From a virus (lineage: Duplodnaviria > Caudoviricetes): a stretch of 48,782 nucleotides of DNA. Where the stretch lies: positions 1-48,782 of the IMG/VR virus record IMGVR_UViG_3300037424_000640. One strand, 5' to 3'. The notes below the pieces were generated by a model. The model did not search any database. It had not been told where the DNA came from and saw only the letters and a program-made list of their open reading frames with translations. How positions within the stretch are numbered: the first letter of the stretch is position 1; every line of letters begins with the position of its first letter. This document shows, piece after piece, positions 18,205 through 27,934 of this stretch. The position numbers and the translations under genes are program-made.

Positions 18205-19074
18205 TTATTTATTCTTATAATAATTAACCACATCTTCAATATCAACATCCCCATTCATTGCCGCATAAATTTTAGAAATCTTATCTTTTATTTCTTGTTT
18301 TTTTTCTGCCGATAGTCCCTGATAAATATTATTTTTATATAGGTTTTGCCTAACTGAATTTAGCCCACCCACATTTTTTTCCGCAAGTTTCTGTGCTTCG
18401 GCTACTTTTTTATCACCAGCGGCAATAACTTCACCACCAGCCCTGGCATTATTTTGGGCTATCTTATTTAATTCATCATATCCGGTGCCATACATATCGG
18501 CATTTGCTTTTAGTTTTGCGGCTTCAATATCCGCATTTGCCTGTGCTATTTTTCCAGACAAACCAGATTCTATTTTTTGTTTTGCCAATGATTCGGCAGC
18601 TACTTGTCCACGGTCTTTCAAATACCCACCAGAATAGGCCGGGCTATTGTCCTCCGCATTGGGGTCTGTCTTTTGATCTTCACCGCCACGACCACGACCA
18701 CCGCCACCCCCACTCGCCATAGCGCCCATTAAAGCCCTTGTATTGGCACCCTGTTCGGCGAATACGGTTTCTGGAGAAACCCCGCTTATATACCCCGGCA
18801 TATCATTGAGAAATTCCTTGTGCGCCCCCATGCCGGTTCTGGGGTCGTAACCTATACCCTTTACGGTTATGGTTGGAGAGGCATTGAAATCCATTTCTGT
18901 TTTTTGATTTGCTAATTTTGCCGCTTTCAACTGTTCTCCTGCAAGTAGGACCGCCATTCGTTGTTGTGAACGATTTTGACCATTGTCTTCCCGCCCACCC
19001 CGATCACCACGCATTTTTAATTGCAATGCACCCAACAGATCAATCGGTTGTAATTTTCCTTCCATCCAAGCCAT
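18205..19074 (-). CDS. Internal virion protein
   Basis: Ala/Gly/Gln-rich helical protein at the ejectosome position. Confidence 0.55.
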   Translation of the reverse strand: MAWMEGKLQPIDLLGALQLKMRGDRGGREDNGQNRSQQRMAVLLAGEQLKAAKLANQKTEMDFNASPTITVKGIGYDPRTGMGAHKEFLNDMPGYISGVSPETVFAEQGANTRALMGAMASGGGGGRGRGGEDQKTDPNAEDNSPAYSGGYLKDRGQVAAESLAKQKIESGLSGKIAQANADIEAAKLKANADMYGTGYDELNKIAQNNARAGGEVIAAGDKKVAEAQKLAEKNVGGLNSVRQNLYKNNIYQGLSAEKKQEIKDKISKIYAAMNGDVDIEDVVNYYKNK

Positions 19075-19077
19075 ATG

Positions 19078-19818
19078 TCACCTCCCCCATCCAACCGAAA
19101 CGCCGCCACTACCGGTTTGTTTATACGGACTATTGGGATTCGATATACCAAGTTGTTGATACAACAACGCTAACCGTTGGTCGTAATCACCTTGGGTTTG
19201 TTCGTCCTTATATTTGTTCCAATCAAATTCTTTACCCCATTGAAACATATTATTTCCCTGGGCAGTATTGAATTGCTGTTGGTTGGTCAAATTGGCAATG
19301 TCGGATTGTCTTGCCTGTTCACCCATTCCGGTCAACTGATTTAACATACCGGCTTTGGCATACCGATTTTGCAAACCTGTTTGGGCGTTTGAAATATCAA
19401 GATTCGACAATGCCCCTTGACGGGTGGCGTTTTGTCCACGCATTGCGTTCATAAGTGCAGATGCTTCTTGACCAGAACCACCCAAACCAACAGATGCCAT
19501 ATAATCACGTATGCGTTGGGTATTACCAGCGTTTTGCGCCGTATCGGTACTGCGTATTCTGTTCCGCATTGCCAATTCTTGTTCGGGCGTGTACGCGGTA
19601 GATAACCCCTTTGTATAATCCATTTGATTTGTAATGCCCGTGGGTGTTGCTGGATTATAACTTATCGGCTGCGCTATTTGCTGCTGATAGTTGGGATAAT
19701 TTTCCATGACATTACTGGAAGTTGTTTTCGCAATTTCAGCCTGTTTCCTTTTGTATTCTGCGGTATCTGGGTTATTTGCTGGATCATAACCCTGTTGACC
19801 TGGTTTAACGTAAGCCAT
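19078..19818 (-). CDS. Internal virion / pilot protein
   Basis: Q/N/A-rich with a MASVGLGGSG motif. Confidence 0.6.
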   Translation of the reverse strand: MAYVKPGQQGYDPANNPDTAEYKRKQAEIAKTTSSNVMENYPNYQQQIAQPISYNPATPTGITNQMDYTKGLSTAYTPEQELAMRNRIRSTDTAQNAGNTQRIRDYMASVGLGGSGQEASALMNAMRGQNATRQGALSNLDISNAQTGLQNRYAKAGMLNQLTGMGEQARQSDIANLTNQQQFNTAQGNNMFQWGKEFDWNKYKDEQTQGDYDQRLALLYQQLGISNPNSPYKQTGSGGVSVGWGR

Positions 19819-19819
19819 T

Positions 19820-20068
19820 TTATTCCCCCCTATTAAAATTAATTTCCATAGCTGCGATTATCCCCAAAGATTGTCCCAAGAAATACACCGACAATGACAG
19901 CCAATCGCTTTGTTTTATCAGTCCCACAAACAGCACGTTTACTATAAATATTCCCGAATTGCATACCAGCACCGCAAAGGTGTTGCCGAGCGATAGGTGC
20001 TTGTAGTATTTCACTATGATAAAATCGCTTACCGCACCCACCATTAGGTATAGCAATATCTTTAGCAT
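19820..20068 (-). CDS. Three-TM membrane protein (holin-like)
   Basis: Three hydrophobic segments. Confidence 0.55.
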   Translation of the reverse strand: MLKILLYLMVGAVSDFIIVKYYKHLSLGNTFAVLVCNSGIFIVNVLFVGLIKQSDWLSLSVYFLGQSLGIIAAMEINFNRGE

Positions 20069-20095
20069 CGGATGGCGGCTCCTCTGGGTTTACCA

Positions 20096-20353
20096 TTAAA
20101 TTTTCACCAACCTATCCAACGCCCAAACAATTACCGCAATGGCTCCCATAAATACAAGTATTTTCCCACGAACCCAAGCAATATCCGCACTAAGTTTTGT
20201 GTGTTCAATGTCATTATCGGTAAAATATTGCCGACAATGTATTACCCTTTCGTTTGAAGTCGCCATAAATGACATGAGCGTTTCTATTTTTTCCATTTGC
20301 TTGTCGAGTTTACCTTCAATTCTGTCGAGCATGATGTTCTCCTGTGAGGTCAT
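20096..20353 (-). CDS. XhlA-like / holin-associated protein
   Basis: Coiled coil plus C-terminal TM. Confidence 0.6.
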   Translation of the reverse strand: MTSQENIMLDRIEGKLDKQMEKIETLMSFMATSNERVIHCRQYFTDNDIEHTKLSADIAWVRGKILVFMGAIAVIVWALDRLVKI

Positions 20354-20532
20354 TGGTCTTTCCCCTTATGACGAAAATACAGTTCAAGTGCAGCATACCC
20401 GAATGTTCCCACAACACTTGCGGCAAACCACCAAATGTCGCCAATTTTTCCTTGCCATTTGTATATTTGGGCCATTACAAAAAACGCCGTCATTAGAAAT
20501 AACTTTCGAGAGTTCCACTTACCCATGTTCAC
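20350..20532 (-). CDS. Putative holin
   Basis: WNSRKLF motif, two TMs and a basic C-terminus. Confidence 0.65.
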   Translation of the reverse strand: MNMGKWNSRKLFLMTAFFVMAQIYKWQGKIGDIWWFAASVVGTFGYAALELYFRHKGKDQ

Positions 20533-21691
20533 CCCTTATATGCGCCCAGGCCGCTCTAAAATTTAGACGTTTTAAGTGATACCAAAGTGTGCATTTTTCT
20601 GGTACTGGTATCGGTGGTTCCGGCGGTGTAGGCGGTTCCGGCGGTAATGGGTCAACCCAATCCAACGGGTACTTGCCGTAATTCTCCGGCCACACTCCGA
20701 ATTTCTCTTTGTGCATTTCCGATATTGCCCTAACACCGTTAGCCACGCAATCGTCATTATTTATGGATTTGCCAATGTACTCAAAGCCATATTTAATCTG
20801 ACCACTTGGCAGATTCCAATTTTTAACTCTGTCCATCCAGTATCGTATGGCTTTCTTTATTTCTATTGGACTTGGACGTATCTGCCACTTATCTTTATAA
20901 AACACCCTATCGCAAACACTATTTCCCTTCCATGATCCATCTACTGACCAGAAAACGCATATGGGGTGTTTCATCCAGTTTGCTACCGACACGATCAGTT
21001 CTTCGCTGGTATCGTCCATAACTCCGTGGATTTGTCTATAAATGGCGAGTGCTGTTTTCTCATCCCATGCGGCTTCCGCTTCATATTTCTGCCATTCCAC
21101 GGGCCCCGGAGTTCCGGGGTGGCAAATGCTTGCCCCATACGTAAATGGAATTTTACCGGCATTTTTAAATTCCGGGTAAACAACCTCCCGACATAACTTC
21201 CTGGCTTCCTGCTGGTGTGTCCCATTTTTTAATACCGTGTCTTTATTTAACTCATTTCCAACACCGAATTTTACATATGGCAGATTGCCAAGATTGGCGA
21301 ACATTGACCGAATAAGTTTTTTGGCTTTGACATAATCTTCGTACATCCAAGTTTCGGAACAACCATCGAAAATTTCTATCAAAACATCGGCACCGGATGG
21401 TGGGTTTGCACCCTGAAACGGCTGATGCAAAATGCCGACATATTCACGTAGTAACGGCCAATACCCATCATTCTCCCAATCAAATATTTTTTCCACATCC
21501 CAAATTCCACGGCGCAAAATTCGGAAAGTGTTTGCTCCGGAATTGAGCATTTTTCTGGCTCTGTTAAATGCTTTAACTTTATCAAGCACCACCTTGCCGT
21601 CAACGACATTTAACTCACCGTGTTCCGAAGTGTTGAAACCGCCAAGACCGTGGATGATTTTGATTTTATCAGCCTCTAAAATTAAGTTCAT
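20519..21691 (-). CDS. Glycoside hydrolase-like (TIM-barrel) protein with Pro-rich linker
   Basis: GANTFRI and FGVGNE (clan GH-A-like acid/base); PPEPPTPPEPP tail. Confidence 0.55.
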   Translation of the reverse strand: MNLILEADKIKIIHGLGGFNTSEHGELNVVDGKVVLDKVKAFNRARKMLNSGANTFRILRRGIWDVEKIFDWENDGYWPLLREYVGILHQPFQGANPPSGADVLIEIFDGCSETWMYEDYVKAKKLIRSMFANLGNLPYVKFGVGNELNKDTVLKNGTHQQEARKLCREVVYPEFKNAGKIPFTYGASICHPGTPGPVEWQKYEAEAAWDEKTALAIYRQIHGVMDDTSEELIVSVANWMKHPICVFWSVDGSWKGNSVCDRVFYKDKWQIRPSPIEIKKAIRYWMDRVKNWNLPSGQIKYGFEYIGKSINNDDCVANGVRAISEMHKEKFGVWPENYGKYPLDWVDPLPPEPPTPPEPPIPVPEKCTLWYHLKRLNFRAAWAHIRGEHG

Positions 21692-21936
21692 ATTTCCAAT
21701 ACGGTTTTTACCGCTCCCATCTGTGTGGGGTCATCCTTTAAATCGGCAATCACGGAAGCAAGGTCAATTTTGAATGTCTGTGAACTTTCGTTTTTCTGTA
21801 ATCTCCACTGTTCACCGAGTTTTTTTAGATAAAGTATAACGTGCGGTTCCATTATGGCCCAATCATTTTCGACATTAAAAAACCACGCAAACCCCTTCTT
21901 TTCTTTTTCTGTAAAATCAGCGTTTCCAATTGCCAT
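21688..21936 (-). CDS. Hypothetical protein
   Basis: RBS and overlap. Confidence 0.6.
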   Translation of the reverse strand: MAIGNADFTEKEKKGFAWFFNVENDWAIMEPHVILYLKKLGEQWRLQKNESSQTFKIDLASVIADLKDDPTQMGAVKTVLEI

Positions 21937-21946
21937 GGTTCACCCC

Positions 21947-23266
21947 CTAAAATCTCTCGGTCACGATGTAAAATGTCGTACTGCCAGCCGTCAACGCATT
22001 GGTATTGGCCGTAACGGTGGTTAGTCTTGCGATTACCGTTGTCGTACCCGTCCAGTTCATAACAGCCCCGCCCTGTATGAGCGCAGCGGCAACAAGTTCT
22101 GTACCCATGTCGGCATCGGCCAAGCCCCTCATTATCGCCGCACTCAAAACATCATGCGTTGCGATATACTCCACGCCGCCAGCGGTCTTGCCAACGATGA
22201 GTGAAGCCGCCGAAACCGTGCCTCCGGTAAAGGGCGTAGTAGTATCGGCGTAAAATCCAACAATTTTAGTTTTCGCGGGAAGCGTGGCAATCGTATGATC
22301 GGCAGTCAAGGCCGCTGCCGAAAACCCAGTATAGTCAACGGTAACTTTGTAAACCTGGCGATTAAGACTACCAGCATCGGACACCGTTAATCCAGTGCCA
22401 GCACCAGCAGTTATTTGTCGTTGTTTTAAGCCTATACCGCCAGAAACGGTTCTCAGTAAAGCCGTATCTCCACCAGTGCCAAATGATAATTCCGTGCTAT
22501 CGCCAATATAAACAACGCCACTATATATCAGCAATGGCTCTACGCCGCCAATCTTAATGTGCAATATGGCATCATAATACATCCCGCTCGTCGCCGTAAA
22601 CGCAAGAGGAAGATGTGTAGCGTCGCCATATGGCAATAACAACTGTCCGCTATTTACTGTCAGTCCGTTGGTTATAGTGGCATTTGTCGCTGTCAATAGG
22701 CCGTTAGTTTCGGCCATGACGCTAACTGCGGTAATGTCTCCAATCCAATTGGCAGAAGGAGTAAATGTTAAAGCGGCAGTTGATAGTGCGGTCAGATAAA
22801 ATGTCGAGGTTGCGGCAACGGAAGCATACGTTTGTCCACCGCATGAAACCACCACACCAGTACCAGAGGTGTGAACGATGGTAACGGTTATTTTATACTC
22901 GATATTCGCTGTTGGTTGCCAGTTTGATACAAGCGCAGTCGCTCCAGTGGCAGCATGGGTCCACTTTGCCGAAGCGTATGACCAGTCCGCAACGTCCGTC
23001 CATGTGGACATAGCAGTTGCGCCGGTAATCAGTTCTGCCCCAAGCGTCGGCGTGGCGGTAAGGTTTTTAGCCGATATGCCAAAAAGCGGATTGGCCCAAT
23101 CGGCCGTCAGCGGGACGGTGCCGTTGGCAAGCAAATCACCCATACCATTTGCACCCCATGACAAATTGGTTCCATCATTGGTCAAAAAATAACCATTCAC
23201 AAGCGTTGGAAGTACCGTACCACCTCCACCGAACCATGATTTTTTACTTATTCCACTCATGTTCAA
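21947..23266 (-). CDS. Tail fibre / spike protein
   Basis: T/A/G-rich; GYFLTNDGTNLSW and LLANGTVPLTADW fibre motifs. Confidence 0.7.
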   Translation of the reverse strand: MNMSGISKKSWFGGGGTVLPTLVNGYFLTNDGTNLSWGANGMGDLLANGTVPLTADWANPLFGISAKNLTATPTLGAELITGATAMSTWTDVADWSYASAKWTHAATGATALVSNWQPTANIEYKITVTIVHTSGTGVVVSCGGQTYASVAATSTFYLTALSTAALTFTPSANWIGDITAVSVMAETNGLLTATNATITNGLTVNSGQLLLPYGDATHLPLAFTATSGMYYDAILHIKIGGVEPLLIYSGVVYIGDSTELSFGTGGDTALLRTVSGGIGLKQRQITAGAGTGLTVSDAGSLNRQVYKVTVDYTGFSAAALTADHTIATLPAKTKIVGFYADTTTPFTGGTVSAASLIVGKTAGGVEYIATHDVLSAAIMRGLADADMGTELVAAALIQGGAVMNWTGTTTVIARLTTVTANTNALTAGSTTFYIVTERF

Positions 23267-23682
23267 TTCCCATCAACGGTATCGCGTTCAGCATTAATTA
23301 AAACCGTGGTTGTACTATCATGCGTCGAACCGGTATAACCAACAGTAATATAAATCCAGTCCTTTGCACTGGCTGGCATAGCAATCGGTATAACCCAATT
23401 GTTTGTGCCGGTCATAACGCTTGATTCCTGTGTTAGTCCACCCGAAGATGATTTTGGAACCAAGTAAATATCGGTTGTAACAGTTGTCAACCGATTAATC
23501 TCATCTGGAACAATAGAATATGAAAGTGTTTCTGTGGTTTCCGGCCCCTTGGTATATTTTACATACAGGGTTATTCCGGCCATGCTGGGATTACTCGTCC
23601 GCATCAATTTCACTTTAGCGTGGGTTGCATCCACTTTCTCTACCATTCCGTTAGTGGTTGTGGTTAATGTAAAATCTCCCAT
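23263..23682 (-). CDS. Virion structural protein
   Basis: Thr-rich beta protein; GGAGG RBS. Confidence 0.6.
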   Translation of the reverse strand: MGDFTLTTTTNGMVEKVDATHAKVKLMRTSNPSMAGITLYVKYTKGPETTETLSYSIVPDEINRLTTVTTDIYLVPKSSSGGLTQESSVMTGTNNWVIPIAMPASAKDWIYITVGYTGSTHDSTTTVLINAERDTVDGN

Positions 23683-23719
23683 TTTTTTACCTCCGTAAAA
23701 ATTTATTCATTTTATACAT

Positions 23720-24325
23720 TTAATTTATCCGTATAACCGAAAGCCAAGAAACTGGGCTTGTAACATCTCCACAAACAAGGTCTGTTCCCTGTGTATGCCT
23801 TACAAATAGTTCAATATAATCGGTGGCAACCAAATTTACAAAACATTGAACAATGGGAAATTCTGTTGAGGCGGCATCAGATATTTTAGCAAGCCCAACC
23901 AGTGTACCGGTCGATAATACTTCCGGGGTTCCGGTTGTTGTGGCATTTTTGTAAATATAAACCGATCTATATCCCGTAGTTCCGGTAGCAAAATGGCATT
24001 GCCCGGAAATTAAATATTTCCCATTTGTCTTACATACCAATCGGTGATTGACTGGATCATCTTCGGAATTAACATCGAATGTAACGGTGCCCATTGGTAT
24101 TTTGGTGGTTGTTCCGGTAGCAACAGTAACCGTAGCTGATGGGGTGACGTGGTATCCGGTGGTTAATCCACCACCACTCTGCACCACCCACGACCTGACT
24201 CCAGCGGTTGTGGATGACAAAACATAGCCATCAACCGCCGGATTGCCGAGTGGTGGTTCACCAGAACCGTTGGATAATAATGTATACACACCGGGCGCTG
24301 TTTGAATATATAATTTATTTCCCAT
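23720..24325 (-). CDS. C1q/BclA-like head-domain fibre protein
   Basis: GKYLISGQ...IYKN...VNLVATDYIELFVRH. Confidence 0.7.
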   Translation of the reverse strand: MGNKLYIQTAPGVYTLLSNGSGEPPLGNPAVDGYVLSSTTAGVRSWVVQSGGGLTTGYHVTPSATVTVATGTTTKIPMGTVTFDVNSEDDPVNHRLVCKTNGKYLISGQCHFATGTTGYRSVYIYKNATTTGTPEVLSTGTLVGLAKISDAASTEFPIVQCFVNLVATDYIELFVRHTQGTDLVCGDVTSPVSWLSVIRIN

Positions 24326-25110
24326 TATGCGTCGCAGACCTCAATGTATAATTGCGGCAGAGCGGTTGCCGTACTGTCCGGTTGTACTACAACTCTCAAT
24401 GCGCTATCGGCGTAAATTTGTTTCAATCCGGTTCTGGCAAAGCTGTACGTATCGCCAAAGTTTGCCATAATTACACGCCCCGTCCACAATGGTCGCATGA
24501 CATGGACATTGAATGTACCAACGGTTGAAACCGTTGACGTAACCACGTTTATTTGCCTGACACCAGTATCGCCAGCAGCAAGAGGCAAGCGAAACATTCT
24601 GCCAAGCGTCGGCGCAATAGCCGTGGCAACCGTTCCCGTATCACCGGCATTTCCGTCTTGGTCAAGATACTGAATGCGGATTGACTGTAATCCGGTAAAT
24701 GCCGTTACCGCTTCAAGCCAAATTTCCAATCCACGATAATCGGCATTGGGAACTCTCGCCGAATATGAAGGTTGGCTGGCAAGCGTAACCGCCGCATTAT
24801 AGGCAAATGCACCAGCCGAAAACAGGCAATCGTACAAATGCAATCTGCCCGGAACCGTCCAAGCATAATCTATTTTACCAATGTAGCCCGATGCAGTAAG
24901 TGGGGCAATAACCGGATAGCCAGCAATCGCATCGGTTGGTACAATGCCACTTGTGGTATTTCCAACAGCAAGCACCCCAGCACCGGGGACACCGGCGCAA
25001 TGGAAATTGGTAAATGGGATAGAGGCGACCGAAGCGATGCTTGCCGTTTTGAACCAAGTGATGTACTGCTTTGCCGAACCGATATAATTATCAAGTGTTA
25101 AAATGGCCAT
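24325..25110 (-). CDS. Virion structural protein
   Basis: Beta-rich; LPLAAGDTGVRQI motif. Confidence 0.6.
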   Translation of the reverse strand: MAILTLDNYIGSAKQYITWFKTASIASVASIPFTNFHCAGVPGAGVLAVGNTTSGIVPTDAIAGYPVIAPLTASGYIGKIDYAWTVPGRLHLYDCLFSAGAFAYNAAVTLASQPSYSARVPNADYRGLEIWLEAVTAFTGLQSIRIQYLDQDGNAGDTGTVATAIAPTLGRMFRLPLAAGDTGVRQINVVTSTVSTVGTFNVHVMRPLWTGRVIMANFGDTYSFARTGLKQIYADSALRVVVQPDSTATALPQLYIEVCDA

Positions 25111-25118
25111 ATTTTCCC

Positions 25119-25433
25119 CTATAAATCCATGATAAAAACGGCATATGTCCCGCCACCACTGCCAGCGTGTGTATGGGAAGCAATTTCCCCGGTAAGTTTT
25201 GCCTCAATCTGTTCCTTAGTAATATCTCCCAAATCTTGATCGTCGCTATGCGGAGCGTGGTCGGTAGAATTGCCATGCAAAAGAGCATGGTTATAATTTG
25301 CTTCGTGAGTAGGAACTTGGCAGGGGTCACTCGTACCGCCAGCATTTTCTAAAGCGTCGACCAATCCCACAATATTTTCCATTGGGATTAAAGACCCATT
25401 AAATGTTTCTGTTATTTGTTCGTTTTCTGCCAT
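25119..25433 (-). CDS. His-repeat fibre-related protein
   Basis: HEANYNH, DHAPHSDDQDL and HTH motifs. Confidence 0.55.
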   Translation of the reverse strand: MAENEQITETFNGSLIPMENIVGLVDALENAGGTSDPCQVPTHEANYNHALLHGNSTDHAPHSDDQDLGDITKEQIEAKLTGEIASHTHAGSGGGTYAVFIMDL

Positions 25434-25436
25434 TTT

Positions 25437-26594
25437 TTAGTCCTGTGTAGATAGCCAGCATTGGGTAAGTTTTAACCAGTTATCGGCATCAGCAGCAGAC
25501 CACGTTGCTTTTATCGTAACGTCATTCGCTCCGGTTGTGTCCACCGCAGAGGATTCCGTTGCGGCATTGATGGTCGATGAACTGATTTCCATATGTCCAA
25601 ACGATGACACCGCACCGGCTGCACCGATTGTCCTGATTGTAAATATTGCCTCGAAGAACCATACGCTGTTGGTCATTTTGGAACCCGGTGAACTGATAGT
25701 TAATATTGTTGTGGAACCAAGATTTAGGGTGACAGTTACAATACCTGCCGCATCGTGGTTGTTTGTAAGTCCGACTCCCTTTACAACATATACCCGGTAT
25801 GGTTTAAGTTCGTTTGCGTTAGTAATGCCAGTCCACAATGTGGTTGATGCAACCGTCGTTGCGGTGGTCGTTGCAATAATAGAATCGCTGGCAAGAGAAA
25901 TAAAACGTCTGTGGTTTGTGGGGGTTAAATAAATTCCGGTTCCGTCAAACTCCATTGCACCAGCAATGGGGGTTGTCAATAGTGTTCCCGATTGAAACAT
26001 AACCGGAGCGAGTGCGGTTGTACCAGCCGGAAATCTTACCGCATCGGCAAACTGAAAATAATCCTCATCTTCCATCCATGTTATTGAACCATCATTTGTT
26101 TGGCCGTCAAATTTTAGTTCAAAATCGACACCAGCCTCGCCATCACCGATAATAAATGGAGTGCCAAATGTGGCGTCGGTATCAAGCCAAAAATCAGCAT
26201 TACTTGTCGGCTGTGCGGCTTGCTGAACGACCCTGTATCTCTCATCGTGTCCGGTATTGGTGCCGAGAGTATCCGGCATATCGGTAAGTGCCGTATGTGT
26301 TGACACGGCAGACGATGAGAGTGTGAGTATTCTGCTACCCTTGCCACCAGTTAAACTTTCGGTTATGGTAATGCCGGTTCCACCCTTAATTTTATCTCCC
26401 AAATAACCAGGTATTTTGTCCGTACCCGAAACCAAAACTTTGCTGGCACCAGTTGCTATAACTCCCGTTGCCGAGGTTGAATTATTTTCGGATGCTACCG
26501 TAGCGTTTATAGCATCGGCAGTTTTACGCCAATTGTTTTTCTCCCACGCTTCGGCTTTGCCTGGAACTTCAAAAACTACTGGTGTACGAGCCAT
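25437..26594 (-). CDS. Tail fibre protein
   Basis: DKIPGYLGDKI, FDGQTNDGSITWMEDEDYFQF and AGAMEFDG motifs. Confidence 0.7.
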   Translation of the reverse strand: MARTPVVFEVPGKAEAWEKNNWRKTADAINATVASENNSTSATGVIATGASKVLVSGTDKIPGYLGDKIKGGTGITITESLTGGKGSRILTLSSSAVSTHTALTDMPDTLGTNTGHDERYRVVQQAAQPTSNADFWLDTDATFGTPFIIGDGEAGVDFELKFDGQTNDGSITWMEDEDYFQFADAVRFPAGTTALAPVMFQSGTLLTTPIAGAMEFDGTGIYLTPTNHRRFISLASDSIIATTTATTVASTTLWTGITNANELKPYRVYVVKGVGLTNNHDAAGIVTVTLNLGSTTILTISSPGSKMTNSVWFFEAIFTIRTIGAAGAVSSFGHMEISSSTINAATESSAVDTTGANDVTIKATWSAADADNWLKLTQCWLSTQD

Positions 26595-27925
26595 CAGTAT
26601 TTGCCCTTAATTTGTACGTCGATCATCGGTGGCCGAATCCGTAAAAGACCATGATTGGCACTCGGCACATCTCCCACCTTTATTGAATAACGAAACTTTT
26701 TACCCTGTATGCCAAGGTCAATACGACTCGTTTGCCATGCTTCATTTGTGCTGTCAAATTGGGAATTAGTATAATTCCAAGTCTGTCTGCCCGGATGGGC
26801 AAACGGTTGCAATGAGGTTGCACCTGACGGTTCGCTTGTTTCACTGTCCGTATGCACATATCTGTTTACACCGTAATCCGGTTCCATCGTCATTGCGCCG
26901 CAAGTGGCATATTGGCTTTCCGTATCCAGATAAATACGTTTTACCCGCTTGTCGTTGGCAATGCCGAGGTCAGTGTAATTTGAAACGATATTTACAATTA
27001 CTCCGGTCATGGTGGGTTCGGTTTCGTTTCCAATAACATCATCATAATACGCTTCCCAATAACCGCCAGGATAAACCAACCAGACATCATCACTACCATA
27101 ACCACTTAAGGTATATACATTTTCCATAATGTAATTCGGTGCAGTCCCAACCATCGGTGCGGCATTTACCGTATCGGTGCAGCTACTAACATTTACGGTA
27201 TAAATCAAATTGAAATTTGCATCATATACTTTTGTGGTATAATACGGATCATCGAAATATCCGCTTAAAGTGAAATTGCCAAGAGAGTTTATTTTTAATG
27301 GGTGGATGTTCTGCGCCGGAACCAAATAATCGCTACCAGCATTATCTTCCCAATACCAAGTATGTTCTCCCACCACCGTTGAATTGACCCATGCCGAATC
27401 CACATATTGAAATTTAACAACGCTTCTATATGAACCCGTATTCGCTACCGGTGTAAAATAAATTTCCGTATCTGATTTAATTGCCATATCAAGAATTTTA
27501 TGGGTAGCAATAGGTATGGTGGTGTCAATAATGGTCATTGCAGCGGTTCCAGTAATGTCTGTAAATTTAATTAATTGATACGTGGAATAAAGATCGGAAT
27601 TTTGGTACAGAAAATATAGGTTGTTTCCAAAGATTCTTATGTATCCCCAAAATCTTTCATCGGTATTGTCGAGTATCATTGGCATTGTGGCAGTTGGAAA
27701 TGTATAATACAACGTCTGTACCTCTCCCGCCTGACCGGGATTTACCGTTTTAAATAACCCATATGGTTCTCCATACTGATCTTCATAGGTAATCGAATCT
27801 ATTGACCATATATTTCCAGGCGAATCTAACGCACAGGTTTTGGGGAAAAAGGTATTGGTACCACGCGCAACCAATCCGGTAGCGTTACCATCGAAATCAA
27901 CCCTTAATATTCTTTCGGTAGCCAT
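26594..27925 (-). CDS. Tail nozzle / stabilisation protein, C-terminal part
   Basis: DLGIANDKRVKRIYL...QGKKFRYSI resembles tail tubular B / P22 gp10-type C-termini. Confidence 0.6.
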   Translation of the reverse strand: MATERILRVDFDGNATGLVARGTNTFFPKTCALDSPGNIWSIDSITYEDQYGEPYGLFKTVNPGQAGEVQTLYYTFPTATMPMILDNTDERFWGYIRIFGNNLYFLYQNSDLYSTYQLIKFTDITGTAAMTIIDTTIPIATHKILDMAIKSDTEIYFTPVANTGSYRSVVKFQYVDSAWVNSTVVGEHTWYWEDNAGSDYLVPAQNIHPLKINSLGNFTLSGYFDDPYYTTKVYDANFNLIYTVNVSSCTDTVNAAPMVGTAPNYIMENVYTLSGYGSDDVWLVYPGGYWEAYYDDVIGNETEPTMTGVIVNIVSNYTDLGIANDKRVKRIYLDTESQYATCGAMTMEPDYGVNRYVHTDSETSEPSGATSLQPFAHPGRQTWNYTNSQFDSTNEAWQTSRIDLGIQGKKFRYSIKVGDVPSANHGLLRIRPPMIDVQIKGKY

Positions 27926-27934
27926 TGTTTTTTC

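Noticed and set aside
25431-25440. In-frame TAA-AAA-ATG junction as a readthrough site
   Set aside because: One in three junctions is in frame by chance, TAA is rarely read through, and I saw no evidence of a domain split across it.
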